Shown here: one piece after another, positions 51,392-60,985 of the stretch | Layout of the letters: each line of letters starts with the position of its first letter | Numbering within the stretch: position 1 is the first letter of the stretch | Source: Rickettsia typhi | Lineage (GTDB): Bacteria > Pseudomonadota > Alphaproteobacteria > Rickettsiales > UBA1997 | Direction: 5' to 3' | DNA: 64,000 bases | Assembly (NCBI GenBank): GCA_945901265.1 | Contig: CAMDJZ010000001.1 | Location: 20,458 to 84,457 of the forward strand | Notes under the pieces: generated by a model | Told to the model about the DNA's origin: nothing | The model's database searches: none | The model's input: the letters and a program-made list of their open reading frames with translations, nothing else | Program-made: the position numbers and the translations under genes

Positions 51392-51815
51392 GAATTAAAT
51401 CTATTAACTTTTGTGGAAGTCTAGTTGGTTTAAAGTTTTGTTGATTTAAACAAACAATCTGAACTTCCAACTGCGCAATTAGTTGCGCAGATTTTGTTAT
51501 TTCCTGTGTCATTGTCAATGAAACTTTGTGAATTTCTTTGATTTTAACGCTGACGTTAATTTCATCATCTAACCTTGCGGGATGATGATATTCTATCGTG
51601 CATCTCTTAACAACAAAAATTATATTTTCTATTTGAGCTAAAATAGCTTGAGAAATGCCGATGTTGCGCAAAAAATCAGTACGCGCTCTTTCAAAAAATT
51701 TTAAATAATTTGCGTAATAAACTACACCTCCTGCATCAGTATCTTCGTAGTAAATTCGATAATTAAATTGATCGCTATTTCTTGTTAACATAAACAAAGC
51801 AATTTGGAGTTTCAT
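51384..51815 (-). CDS. ybgC: Acyl-CoA thioesterase, YbgC/4HBT family
   Basis: YRIYYEDTDAGGVVYYANYLKFFERAR hot-dog-fold motif. The start is probably the ATG at 51791. Confidence 0.82.
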   Translation of the reverse strand: MKLQIALFMLTRNSDQFNYRIYYEDTDAGGVVYYANYLKFFERARTDFLRNIGISQAILAQIENIIFVVKRCTIEYHHPARLDDEINVSVKIKEIHKVSLTMTQEITKSAQLIAQLEVQIVCLNQQNFKPTRLPQKLIDLIHV

Positions 51816-52200
51816 AGAGCTTTATTGCTACGCATTCTATATCATAATTAATAAAAATTTGTGGACAAATATCATCGAGTAAATGTTTGGCAATGTTCTC
51901 AGCTGTAGGGTTATTTGGTAAGTAATAAATTTTTTGTTGGGTATTTTTACTTATTTCTTCGCCTAATTTTTTATCGGAAATTGACAAAATTGTATTATGA
52001 TCAAAATGCTCGTCAATCCAAGAGCCCAAAACTTCTCGAATAACTCCGAAATCAATAACTCGTCCAACATCATCTAATTGTTTTGCGCAAAAACTTGCTT
52101 CTACAGCGTAACGATGACCATGAAGCATTCGGCATTTACTTTCGTGATTGATCAAGCGGTGAGCAGAATCAAATTCAATTTTCCTAACACAGATAATCAT
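51775..52200 (-). CDS. queD: 6-carboxy-5,6,7,8-tetrahydropterin synthase
   Basis: FDSAHRL...C..LHGHRY zinc/catalytic motif and VIDFG, 141 aa. Confidence 0.88.
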   Translation of the reverse strand: MIICVRKIEFDSAHRLINHESKCRMLHGHRYAVEASFCAKQLDDVGRVIDFGVIREVLGSWIDEHFDHNTILSISDKKLGEEISKNTQQKIYYLPNNPTAENIAKHLLDDICPQIFINYDIECVAIKLYETPNCFVYVNKK

Positions 52201-52271
52201 AAAAAAATTATTTAAAATTATAAAACTAACAATATGCTTTTCTAAGCATCAAATTCAATAAATATAATTCT

Positions 52272-52640
52272 ATGAATAATAAAATAATTAACCATAATGA
52301 TTTTAATCAACAAAAAATTAAACAAATTTTAGTGAAATTAAAATTTAATGATCAAGGTTTAATAACGGCAATTGCTCAAGATTATAAAACTAAAAAGGTT
52401 TTAATGTTAGCTTGGATGAATTTAGAAAGTATTAATAAAACTATCGAATCAGGTTATGCTACTTATTTTTCAAGATCAAGAAATGAGATATGGTGCAAAG
52501 GAGAAACCTCAGGGAATTTTCAAAAAATTATTGAGATAACCGCTGATTGTGATTTTGATTGTTTGCTGTTAGGCGTTGAGCAAGTTGGTAATGCCTGTCA
52601 TACTGGCAAAGAAAATTGTTTTTTTAACAAAATTTTATAA
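52272..52640 (+). CDS. hisI: Phosphoribosyl-AMP cyclohydrolase (stand-alone HisI)
   Basis: [39 protein letters not shown] and [20 protein letters not shown] motifs. Confidence 0.85.
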   Translation: MNNKIINHNDFNQQKIKQILVKLKFNDQGLITAIAQDYKTKKVLMLAWMNLESINKTIESGYATYFSRSRNEIWCKGETSGNFQKIIEITADCDFDCLLLGVEQVGNACHTGKENCFFNKIL

Positions 52641-52713
52641 TTATCTTTTCACTTCATTAAAATTCTGGATTTTCTTACTAAACTTTCAGCGCATTTTTTA
52701 TGATTAAAGATTT

Positions 52714-53196
52714 TTACAATAGTTTGGGGATTTGCAAAATCTTGATTTTTTTAATAGATTTATCTAAATTAGCTTCTATAGCTTGAGAAGCTTGATTTAA
52801 ATTTGGTGATTTATTTTCTTTTGCTACCTCATCATCAATTGCCAGTAATTTTCGATTCACCTCATCAATTTCTTGTAATTCTTGCAAATTTGTTACAGCA
52901 TAATGAGCTGATGTTTTTGGCAAAAAAAATAAAGTTGAGTCATTAATTTCTTGAAGAATTGAATTTATTTGATTTGGATTATTATGGTTATTATTTTGCG
53001 CAAAATCTTCAATTTTTACGGGTTTTTTTTCTTTGCTTGACGCTAGAAAATATTGATGCGGATTCGTTTGTGAATGTTGATAATTGCCAGAATTTTTAAA
53101 ATCTACATCTTGGAAAATTTCAGATTTGAAATCATTTCCTTGGCTAAAATCAACGAATTTTCTAACTGAAGATATTCCGGTAAAATTTTTTGACAT
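52714..53196 (-). CDS. Hypothetical protein, Asn/Gln-rich, no recognisable domain
   Basis: 160-aa ORF with low-complexity stretches (NNNHNNPNQINS). No TM segment or signal peptide. Coding status is uncertain. Confidence 0.4.
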   Translation of the reverse strand: MSKNFTGISSVRKFVDFSQGNDFKSEIFQDVDFKNSGNYQHSQTNPHQYFLASSKEKKPVKIEDFAQNNNHNNPNQINSILQEINDSTLFFLPKTSAHYAVTNLQELQEIDEVNRKLLAIDDEVAKENKSPNLNQASQAIEANLDKSIKKIKILQIPKLL

Positions 53197-53437
53197 TTTT
53201 ATAGAATTGAATTTACTGCTATTGAGTTAATTCAAATTCTTAAAATTGGCATGATCAAATTAATTATGCGTTAAAAATTAAATTAAAAAAAAATGTTCTA
53301 AAAAGAAATAAAGAAATTATCTAATTTTCAGGAATTTAACAATTAAACAAAATATTGCTGTTTAGCAAGTAAAATCAAGCGCGTACAAAATTCAATTTTA
53401 CAAAAATCCAATTATGTAATTTGCAAATAATCGATTT

Positions 53438-54856
53438 CTATGAATGAATAGATCTTTTATCCACTGCAAGCGCTGCTTCTTTAATAGCTTCATTGTAGGT
53501 TGGATGAGCATGACAGGTCCGCGCAATATCCTCTGCGCTCCCGCCAAATTCCATAACCATCACAACTTCATGAATCATATTGCCAGCTTCGCGTGAGATT
53601 ATATGAGCACCCAAAACTTTATCGCTTTTAGCGCAGGATAAAATCTTCACAAATCCTTGCTCATCAAAAGTTGCACGCGCACGAGAATTTGCCATCATCA
53701 TAAATTTACCAACTTTATATGCAATATTTTGAGCCTTCAATTCTTCTTCTGTTTTGCCAACGCTAGCAACTTCTGGAAAGGTATAAATTACATTGGGAAT
53801 TGCTTCGTAATTAACATGTCCTGCTTGATTAGCGATTATCTCTGCAACGGCCATGCCCTCATCTTCAGCTTTATGCGCAAGCATTGGACCAGTGGTCACA
53901 TCGCCAATCACGTAAATATTTTCAACATTGGTTTTTAAATGATTATTTTCGATAAATCCCCGTGCATTTGTTTTAATACCAACATTTTCTAGACCAAGAT
54001 TTTGAGTATTGGGAACGCGTCCAATAGCAACCAAAACTATGTCAGCTGAAAGAATTTCTTTTGAATTATCCTTTAAAGCCTCTACTTCGACAAGCGCACC
54101 TTTTTTATCTTTTTTAACGCTTAAAACTTTGCTTGAAAGTCGGAATTTAATACCTTGCTTTTCAAGAATGCGTTGAAAATTTTTTGAAACTTCATTGTCC
54201 ATTGTAGGGGTGATTTTATCAAGATATTCAATTACCTCAACATCAGCACCAAGTCTTGACCAGACCGATCCAAGCTCAAGCCCTATAACTCCAGCGCCAA
54301 TAACAATCATTTTCTGCGGAACTTTAGTTAAATCAAGTGCCCCAGTTGAAGAGATGATAATTTTTTCGTCAATTTCTACATTGGCCAAATTAGCTACTTT
54401 AGAACCAGTTGCAATTACAAATTTATTAGCAGAAATTTTTTGCTTTACTCCATCTTCAGCAGTGACCTCTAAGGTATTTTTATCAATAAATTTTCCAAAA
54501 CCCAATAAATGAGTAATTTTATTTTTCTTAAATAAACCAGCAATGCCTGAAGCCAATCCAGCGACTATTTCGTTTTTGTTTTCTACGAATTTTTTAACAT
54601 CAATTTCTGGCTTAGAAACAATGATACCAAATTTTTCAAAATTATGATTGGCATCATGAAATTTATGAGAAATTTCTAATAATGATTTGGAAGGGATACA
54701 GCCAACATTTAAGCAAGTACCGCCAAGATTTTTTCTTAGTTCAACGCAAGCAACTCTAAAACCAAGTTGTGCAGAACGAATTGATCCAACATAACCACCT
54801 GGACCTCCACCAATATATACCACATCATGATCAAAGTTATTTTGTTGTTTTGTCAT
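53438..54856 (-). CDS. lpdA: Dihydrolipoyl dehydrogenase
   Basis: YIGGGPGGYV FAD motif, redox-active GGTCLNVGCIPSK, NAD motif VIGAGVIGLELG and C-terminal HAHPT. Confidence 0.95.
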   Translation of the reverse strand: MTKQQNNFDHDVVYIGGGPGGYVGSIRSAQLGFRVACVELRKNLGGTCLNVGCIPSKSLLEISHKFHDANHNFEKFGIIVSKPEIDVKKFVENKNEIVAGLASGIAGLFKKNKITHLLGFGKFIDKNTLEVTAEDGVKQKISANKFVIATGSKVANLANVEIDEKIIISSTGALDLTKVPQKMIVIGAGVIGLELGSVWSRLGADVEVIEYLDKITPTMDNEVSKNFQRILEKQGIKFRLSSKVLSVKKDKKGALVEVEALKDNSKEILSADIVLVAIGRVPNTQNLGLENVGIKTNARGFIENNHLKTNVENIYVIGDVTTGPMLAHKAEDEGMAVAEIIANQAGHVNYEAIPNVIYTFPEVASVGKTEEELKAQNIAYKVGKFMMMANSRARATFDEQGFVKILSCAKSDKVLGAHIISREAGNMIHEVVMVMEFGGSAEDIARTCHAHPTYNEAIKEAALAVDKRSIHS

Positions 54857-55096
54857 ATTTCTAATTATTTTAATTATTATTTATTGTTCTTAATATTTTT
54901 TAGTAATGCAATTTTAGCTTTGGATTTAAAGGAAAACCCTTTTTAAAAAAATTAAGTAAATATCTAGAAAGACTATGGTCCTTAAAAACTTACTCGATTC
55001 ATTGCAATTGACATATTTAAATTTGATGATTTTAAGTTTATTTTTTTCCATAATTTTTGCAAGCAGATTTACAAGAATTTAAATGACAAATATTGG

Positions 55097-55954
55097 TTAA
55101 TTTGAGAAATGTTTAATTTGAATATTATTTAATAACTTAATGCGCTCTAGAGGAATGTTTTCTGCAAATTCCGTAGCGCATTTTTTAGCAAAAAATTCAA
55201 GATGATTATTTGAACGAACTTTTGAAATATTTTTTTCTAAATCACTTGAAATCGATTTGTTATTTTCAAAATTTGCAGCGCTTTTTACAAATGGATTTTG
55301 TAAGATTGGTATGCTTCTTAACCCTTGATTTACTTGATTGTTTGCTATATTTTTATTAAAATTATTTCCACTAAAATTCATGTACAAAAGCGGTAAATTT
55401 CCTAAATTTTTATTAATTTTTTCGCTTCTTATTGATATCGGATTATGCGATAATTGTTTATAAATAAATTTATAATAATCCAATGAATGAAAATCTAGAT
55501 TATCTGCACAAATTATGCTTAGCTGATCGTCATTATTAATGTTTTTATTCTTTGAATTATGAATAATGTTTATTTTTTTTTGAAATGATTGTTGAGATAG
55601 AAACCTAATAAATTTTGAAAATAGTTCATCAGTTCGAAGCGAGATAAGATCAAGCTGTCGAAGCCACGGTAAGCTTGGCAATATTTGAGATAGTCTTTCT
55701 AGCGTTATATTATTTAAATCGCTATCAATCATCAGGACATTTAAATTAATTAGACAATTATCACTTTTCAGCAAATCATCAAAAAACCTTTCCAAGTCAA
55801 AAGAATTCAAATTATTTAATTTAATGCCAAACTTATTTTCAAGCGATAGATTGTTTAAAGGAGACTCATGATCGAAGGATTCAAAAGGGTAGCATCTATT
55901 TATTTCAATTATTGGTAATTGATTTTGTCTTAAAGCGCTAACTCTTTTGGGCAT
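55097..55954 (-). CDS. Hypothetical protein with possible leucine-rich-repeat-like segment
   Basis: 285-aa ORF. The segment LINLNVLMIDSDLNNITLERLSQILPSLPWLRQLDLISLRTDELFSKFIRFL has LxxLxL-type periodicity. No other motif. Confidence 0.45.
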   Translation of the reverse strand: MPKRVSALRQNQLPIIEINRCYPFESFDHESPLNNLSLENKFGIKLNNLNSFDLERFFDDLLKSDNCLINLNVLMIDSDLNNITLERLSQILPSLPWLRQLDLISLRTDELFSKFIRFLSQQSFQKKINIIHNSKNKNINNDDQLSIICADNLDFHSLDYYKFIYKQLSHNPISIRSEKINKNLGNLPLLYMNFSGNNFNKNIANNQVNQGLRSIPILQNPFVKSAANFENNKSISSDLEKNISKVRSNNHLEFFAKKCATEFAENIPLERIKLLNNIQIKHFSN

Positions 55955-56037
55955 TTAGAAGATTTGTTAAAATTTTTAATTTTCAAGAATTTTTAACAGT
56001 AAAATTTTCAAATGAATATTTTTATAAAAAATTTAAT

Positions 56038-56385
56038 CTATGCTTTATTGGCTTTTTTAGCTTTTTTGCTATTGTTAATTTCAATTTCTTGTAGTTTATT
56101 TTGACTTATTAACTTCTTTTTAATTTTAGTTCTTAATTTTTTAGCCAAATCAGACATTTTATTAAAGCGATAATTCACCAAAAAATTATCGATATTTCCA
56201 AACTTATTAACCGTTCTAAGGGTTGATGCGCTAACGCGAAGATTAACATCGACACCTAGAGTGTCGCTTCTAAATGATAATTCGCAAAGATTTGGAAGAA
56301 ATCTTCTTTTAGACTTACGATTAGAGTGTGAAACTTTATTTCCACTCATCGGTCTAACATTTAGTAAATCACATTTTCTAGTCAT
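56038..56385 (-). CDS. rpmB: 50S ribosomal protein L28 with lysine-rich C-terminal extension
   Basis: MTRKCDLLNVRPMSGNKVSHSNRKSKRRFLPNL...RVSASTLRTV is canonical bL28. An extra about 35 aa form a basic tail. Confidence 0.9.
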   Translation of the reverse strand: MTRKCDLLNVRPMSGNKVSHSNRKSKRRFLPNLCELSFRSDTLGVDVNLRVSASTLRTVNKFGNIDNFLVNYRFNKMSDLAKKLRTKIKKKLISQNKLQEIEINNSKKAKKANKA

Positions 56386-56959
56386 AAATAAATAATTTAA
56401 GGATAATCAACAAAAGCTAACATTTATTAACAAGCTGTAGCTTTTAGGCCTATTTGGAATAATTTGGATAAACACTTGCAATAGCAGCAATTAAACTAAA
56501 TCTTAATTTGTTTAGATTTGCGATTAACTTACTTGCTATTTATCAAGTTTTTTAAGCCTTTCCTAAGTTTTAGTTTAAAAAATTCTATAATGAATTTATT
56601 CCATATTTCGGCTAAAATTTTTCCTGAATTTTAACTTCTTAACTTAACATGTAAAGAATTATTTAGAATAATTTTAACATTAGGGGGGGTTATGAATTTT
56701 TACATCAAAATCAATAATGGCAATAATGGCAATTCTGATTAATTTGATGCCTGATAGTCTTTAATTAACTTCAAACAAAGTGAATCGAGCGCTATCATAA
56801 ACCTTTAATTAAAAAGCTACAGGTAAAACTTATAGCAATAATTACAAATTATAAAAAGTAAAATGATAAGAAAGGCTGACTTTTCCACCTAAATTCTATT
56901 ATGCTAAATATCGCAGTAGCAAGGATTGCTAGTGGATGTTAGATTAAGAGCAGTGATGG

Positions 56960-56998
56960 AATTCCTTATTGTCAATTAGTAGTCCTTTATAAGGAATT
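56960..56998. other. 10-bp perfect inverted repeat (stem-loop) downstream of the VirB2-like gene
   Basis: aattccttat (56960-56969) / ataaggaatt (56989-56998) with a 19-nt loop, about 65-105 nt after the pilin stop on the minus strand. No U-tract. Confidence 0.5.
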
Positions 56999-57050
56999 AA
57001 GAGAATATAAATATTGTAAAAAAAACTGTTAATTTCGATAGTTATTAATT

Positions 57051-57080
57051 GCAATTAAGTGCAATTAACTGCAGGTAACT
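57051..57080. repeat. Three tandem 10-nt units gcaNNtaaNt spanning the stop codon of the VirB2-like gene
   Basis: gcaattaagt / gcaattaact / gcaggtaact at 57051-57080. Units 1-2 match at 9/10 and units 2-3 at 8/10. Confidence 0.6.
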
Positions 57081-57439
57081 GCACTAGATCCTGAAATTGC
57101 AGCAACGATTTGAGGTGCTCCAAACATTGCAGCAATACCTGCTGCAACACCGACCATCAAACCCCAAGAAACTTTACCAGTAAAGAAACCGATACCAACA
57201 GAAACAATCGCAAATGCGGCAAATGCCTTACCTGCATTTCCAGTTGTAATCCTCATTATATTGCACATTGCTGTGGTTAGAGAGTTTGATGTGATATTTG
57301 CAGATACATCAGCATAAGTTCCTGTACCTTGAGCTAATGCTTCAAAATTAGTAAGAGCGGCAACCGCGAAAATTCCAAATATTAGCAGGCTTTTTATTTG
57401 TTTTGTTGAGTTGTTGAGTTTCATAATTTGTTGCCTCAT
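57065..57439 (-). CDS. TrbC/VirB2-family type IV secretion pilin-like protein
   Basis: Long signal peptide ending FEALA|QG, then two Gly/Ala-rich hydrophobic helices (AFAAFAIVSVGIGFF and GLMVGVAAGIAAMFGAPQIVAAI), about 124 aa. This is the typical VirB2 layout. Confidence 0.7.
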   Translation of the reverse strand: MRQQIMKLNNSTKQIKSLLIFGIFAVAALTNFEALAQGTGTYADVSANITSNSLTTAMCNIMRITTGNAGKAFAAFAIVSVGIGFFTGKVSWGLMVGVAAGIAAMFGAPQIVAAISGSSAVTCS

Positions 57440-57777
57440 TTAAGTTAAAGATTAATATTAGGTTTGTTAAAAATAAATTTGTAATTTTGTATCAAAAATT
57501 ATAATCAAATAAAAAGAAAGCATTTTATTTTTATCACAGACTATCAAATTCTAACGAATTTATTTAAATGATATTAAAATTTAATTTAAATAAATTTTAT
57601 AATCTACTTTTTTTATCAAAAATTAATAACTAGATTCTTAAAGTTAATTTAAATTTCAACAATTTTTTTTGTATGTATAATTTATTTTACACAACTTTTT
57701 AATAAATTTAAATTAGTATTTCAATAATCTTTATGATATTTAGTTTTAAAAATAAGAATTCAATATTGAGGTATTGA

Positions 57778-58668
57778 TTATTTTAAAATTTTTATTTCCC
57801 ATTCCAAATTGATACTAAATTTTTTAAAAATTTCTAATTTTGCTTCACTGGCAAGATCTATTAAATCTTTGGCCGAAGCGTTACCAGTATTAATTAAAAA
57901 ATTACAATGCTTTTGTGAAAATTGCGCCCCGCCTTTTTGCCTTCCTCTAAAACCAATCTCATCAATAAGCTCCCAAGCTTTTTTACCTTGGGGATTTTTG
58001 AATGTACTTCCCGAAGTTTTGGCGCGAATTGGTTGTGAATTTTCACGCTGAATTTGCATTTCTTGCATTTTCTTTTCTACCTCTAAAAAACTCGATTTTT
58101 CTACAGCAAGTAATCCTTCTACAAAAATATAATCTTTTGCCAAATCATTATTGCGATAAGAAAAATTAAATTGTGAATTATTAAATATATATTTTTGACC
58201 TTGATAATTTAGCGCTATAACACTATGAAGAATTTTTGAAATTTCACCATCGTAACATCCAGCATTCATTGCGATTGCTCCACCAATTGATCCTGGAATA
58301 CCACTTAAAAATTCAAGCCTTGAAAATCCATGATTTTTTGCAAAATTTGCAACATTTAAGCATGACGCTGAAGACCCAGCGCGAATGAAAAATTTACAAT
58401 CTTGTTCGACAATTTCAATTTTTGCAAATTCACCTCCCATCCTTATTAACACACCCTTTATTCCCTCGTCGCTAATTATGACATTTGATCCTGCACCCAA
58501 AATGGTTATCTTAATATTACTATTAATATTTTCTAAAAAAAATTGCAAATCTTTTAAATCCTTTGGACGATATAACAATTCAGCATTTCCACCAACATCG
58601 AACCAACATGGTAATTTAGCGTTGGGACGGTATATACCACGAATTTTTGGTAAATTTTCAATTATCAT
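57778..58668 (-). CDS. murB: UDP-N-acetylenolpyruvoylglucosamine reductase
   Basis: ILGAGSNVI FAD-binding domain, GIPGSIGGAIAMNAG, SGSTFKNP and GGAQFSQKHCNFLIN motifs. Confidence 0.93.
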   Translation of the reverse strand: MIIENLPKIRGIYRPNAKLPCWFDVGGNAELLYRPKDLKDLQFFLENINSNIKITILGAGSNVIISDEGIKGVLIRMGGEFAKIEIVEQDCKFFIRAGSSASCLNVANFAKNHGFSRLEFLSGIPGSIGGAIAMNAGCYDGEISKILHSVIALNYQGQKYIFNNSQFNFSYRNNDLAKDYIFVEGLLAVEKSSFLEVEKKMQEMQIQRENSQPIRAKTSGSTFKNPQGKKAWELIDEIGFRGRQKGGAQFSQKHCNFLINTGNASAKDLIDLASEAKLEIFKKFSINLEWEIKILK

Positions 58669-58706
58669 TATTTTATAATTAGTTTATTATATTTAGTTAT
58701 TTTTCA

Positions 58707-59417
58707 CTAGCTTTTCACAAGTTTAAATATTACAGGTATTCGCCCTTCTGCAATTGCTTTCTTTTGGTATTTAGTGGCAATCCATTCATCTGGAAAATTT
58801 TGCCAGTCAGCTTTACTTTGAGCACTCCATTGCAATTTTTTACAATCTAAAATATTAGCTAGAATCCATGTTTTATAGGCATCGTGATCAGTTGAGATAA
58901 TTATTTTTGCAGATTTTTTTAATTTATTTGCCAAAATATTATCAAGAAAATTTGTTGTTATTAATCGCCTCTTATAATGTTTTGATTTAGGCCATGGATC
59001 AGGAAATAAAATATAAATCTCATCAAAGAAATTATCGGCAAAATTTATAATTTCTTTACGAATATCAGCATTTGAAATCTTGATATTATTTAAATTTTCT
59101 TTGGTTATTAGTCCTAGTAAATTAACAATTCCGTTAATATGAGGTTCAAATCCATAAATATTTTTTGAGGTATTTTTTTTTGCTAAATTAAATAAAAAAT
59201 CTCCAAATCCAAATCCTATTTCTAAAATATTAAATTGATCTTTTGATTTAGCGCTAGCTTGATTAATTATATCGGTATCTAATTTAATTTTAGGTAAAAA
59301 ATTTGCAAGAAGAGATTGTTTTTGTAATGATAATTTTCGGCCATTAATTCTTCCGAAACTTCTAATCAATTTACTATGAAAGCTTGTTAACTCTTGCTTC
59401 ATGACGTCCACCTTCAA
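58707..59417 (-). CDS. trmB: tRNA (guanine46-N7)-methyltransferase
   Basis: LEIGFGFGDFL SAM motif and FPDPWPKSKHYKRRL signature. The start is possibly the ATG at 59402. Confidence 0.88.
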   Translation of the reverse strand: MKVDVMKQELTSFHSKLIRSFGRINGRKLSLQKQSLLANFLPKIKLDTDIINQASAKSKDQFNILEIGFGFGDFLFNLAKKNTSKNIYGFEPHINGIVNLLGLITKENLNNIKISNADIRKEIINFADNFFDEIYILFPDPWPKSKHYKRRLITTNFLDNILANKLKKSAKIIISTDHDAYKTWILANILDCKKLQWSAQSKADWQNFPDEWIATKYQKKAIAEGRIPVIFKLVKS

Positions 59418-59832
59418 ATTTTGTTTTTAGAAAAATCTTTATTATTGCCAAAGCTTTTTTTTCCTTAATGAATCTCGATCCTAGGCAAAGGACATTTGCA
59501 TTATTATGGGCCCGCGCCAATTTTGCCAATTTTATATTATTACAAAGTGCTGCACGAATATTTTTATGCCTATTGGCTGAAATTGAAATTCCAATACCAC
59601 TTCCGCAAATTAATATTGCCAATTCTTCTAAAAATATTTGTGATAATTGAGGATTAATTTTTTTACAGGCAATATTTGCATAATCAGGGTAATCTACAGA
59701 GACATCTGCACTTTTACATCCGCAATCATCAACATCATAACCCGAGGCAAGCAATTGGGATTTTAAATATTCTTTAAGATCAAATCCTGCGTGATCGCAA
59801 GCAATAATTATTTTTGGCTGAGATTTATCCAT
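59374..59832 (-). CDS. rpiB: Ribose-5-phosphate isomerase B
   Basis: IIIACDHAGFDLK, ILICGSGIGISISANR, ARAHNNANVL and FEGGRH motifs. Confidence 0.9.
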   Translation of the reverse strand: MDKSQPKIIIACDHAGFDLKEYLKSQLLASGYDVDDCGCKSADVSVDYPDYANIACKKINPQLSQIFLEELAILICGSGIGISISANRHKNIRAALCNNIKLAKLARAHNNANVLCLGSRFIKEKKALAIIKIFLKTKFEGGRHEARVNKLS

Positions 59833-60014
59833 AAAATTTAATCTAACTTGACAGAAAATGATTTAGCGAAAGTTATTTTACCGTTTTCAATTCTATTTTA
59901 TATTGGAAAATTTTATTAGCTTTTTATATTCAAGATTTCTTAAAATATTTACTTTAAAAGAATTCTCAGGAGAACTTAATTAGAATAATATTAATAAAAA
60001 TTTTAAAAACAGAA

Positions 60015-60479
60015 TTAACGTTTACGATATGTTTTGCCTTTACGTGCTTTTTTGTAGCCATATTTTTTACGTTCTACAACTCTTGAATCACGAGTAAGAA
60101 ATCCTGTTGAACGAAGAGTAAAATGAGTATTGTAGTCAAAAGCAACTAGGGCTTTGCTAATTCCATGAGCTAATGCGCCAGCTTGACCACTTTTTCCACC
60201 ACCAACAATTTGTGCAACTACATCAAATTTTTGTTCATTTTTAGTTGCATGAAACGGTGCTTTGGCAATATTAAAAAGAATTTCGCGACCAAAATATGTA
60301 AGCGCTTCACGATCATTGATTGAGATTTTACCATTTCCTTTTTTTATCCAAACCTTGGCAATGGCATTTTTTCTTTTACCAGTAGCATAGGCACGACCCT
60401 GCTTATCAAGCTTAGGCTTCTCTTCGGTTTTACTAGTTTCTTTAACTTCGATAATTTTTTCTTTTATTACTACAGACAT
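60015..60479 (-). CDS. rpsI: 30S ribosomal protein S9
   Basis: GKRKNAIAKVW, GGGKSGQAGA..HGISKAL and the C-terminal RKKYGYKKARK..YRKR motif. Confidence 0.97.
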   Translation of the reverse strand: MSVVIKEKIIEVKETSKTEEKPKLDKQGRAYATGKRKNAIAKVWIKKGNGKISINDREALTYFGREILFNIAKAPFHATKNEQKFDVVAQIVGGGKSGQAGALAHGISKALVAFDYNTHFTLRSTGFLTRDSRVVERKKYGYKKARKGKTYRKR

Positions 60480-60490
60480 GTTGAAAAATT

Positions 60491-60958
60491 TTAATTAGTT
60501 TTTATATTTTTACGATTCATTTTAGCTACATCCAAAATTTGTGGATTTTGCCCTTGATGTTTATGTTCATTACCTTTGTAAATGTGCAGCTTAACCATCA
60601 TATCTCTTTGGAGTGGACCTCTTGAGATCATTCTTGAAACTGCGTATTCAAGAATTCTTTCGGGATGCTTTCCTTCCATTATTTGACGAGCAGAGCGATC
60701 TTTAATTCCACCGGGATAGCCAGTATGCCAGTAATAAAGTTTTTCAGCATATTTTTTTCCACTAAATTTTACTTTGTCTGCATTTATAATTACCACATGA
60801 TCTCCGCAATCAATATTGGGAGTAAAGGTTGTTTTATGCTTTCCGCGCAAAATATTGGCAACTATTGAAGCTAGACGACCGACGATTAGATCTTGAGCGT
60901 CAATAATCCACCATTTTTTTTCTATTTCGCTTGGTTTAGCAACGTATGTTTTTGTCAT
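60491..60958 (-). CDS. rplM: 50S ribosomal protein L13
   Basis: [39 protein letters not shown] and GMLP-like region. Directly upstream of rpsI, as in the conserved operon. Confidence 0.97.
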   Translation of the reverse strand: MTKTYVAKPSEIEKKWWIIDAQDLIVGRLASIVANILRGKHKTTFTPNIDCGDHVVIINADKVKFSGKKYAEKLYYWHTGYPGGIKDRSARQIMEGKHPERILEYAVSRMISRGPLQRDMMVKLHIYKGNEHKHQGQNPQILDVAKMNRKNIKTN

Positions 60959-60985
60959 ATGTTCACGAATTATTGTTTACAGTTA

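Noticed and set aside
56435-56822. 11-nt inverted repeat ctgtagctttt (56435-56445) / aaaagctacag (56812-56822) as terminal inverted repeats of a small mobile element
   Set aside because: The arms are short, about 370 nt apart and without flanking direct repeats or any transposase. A match of this length is plausible by chance in low-complexity AT-rich DNA.
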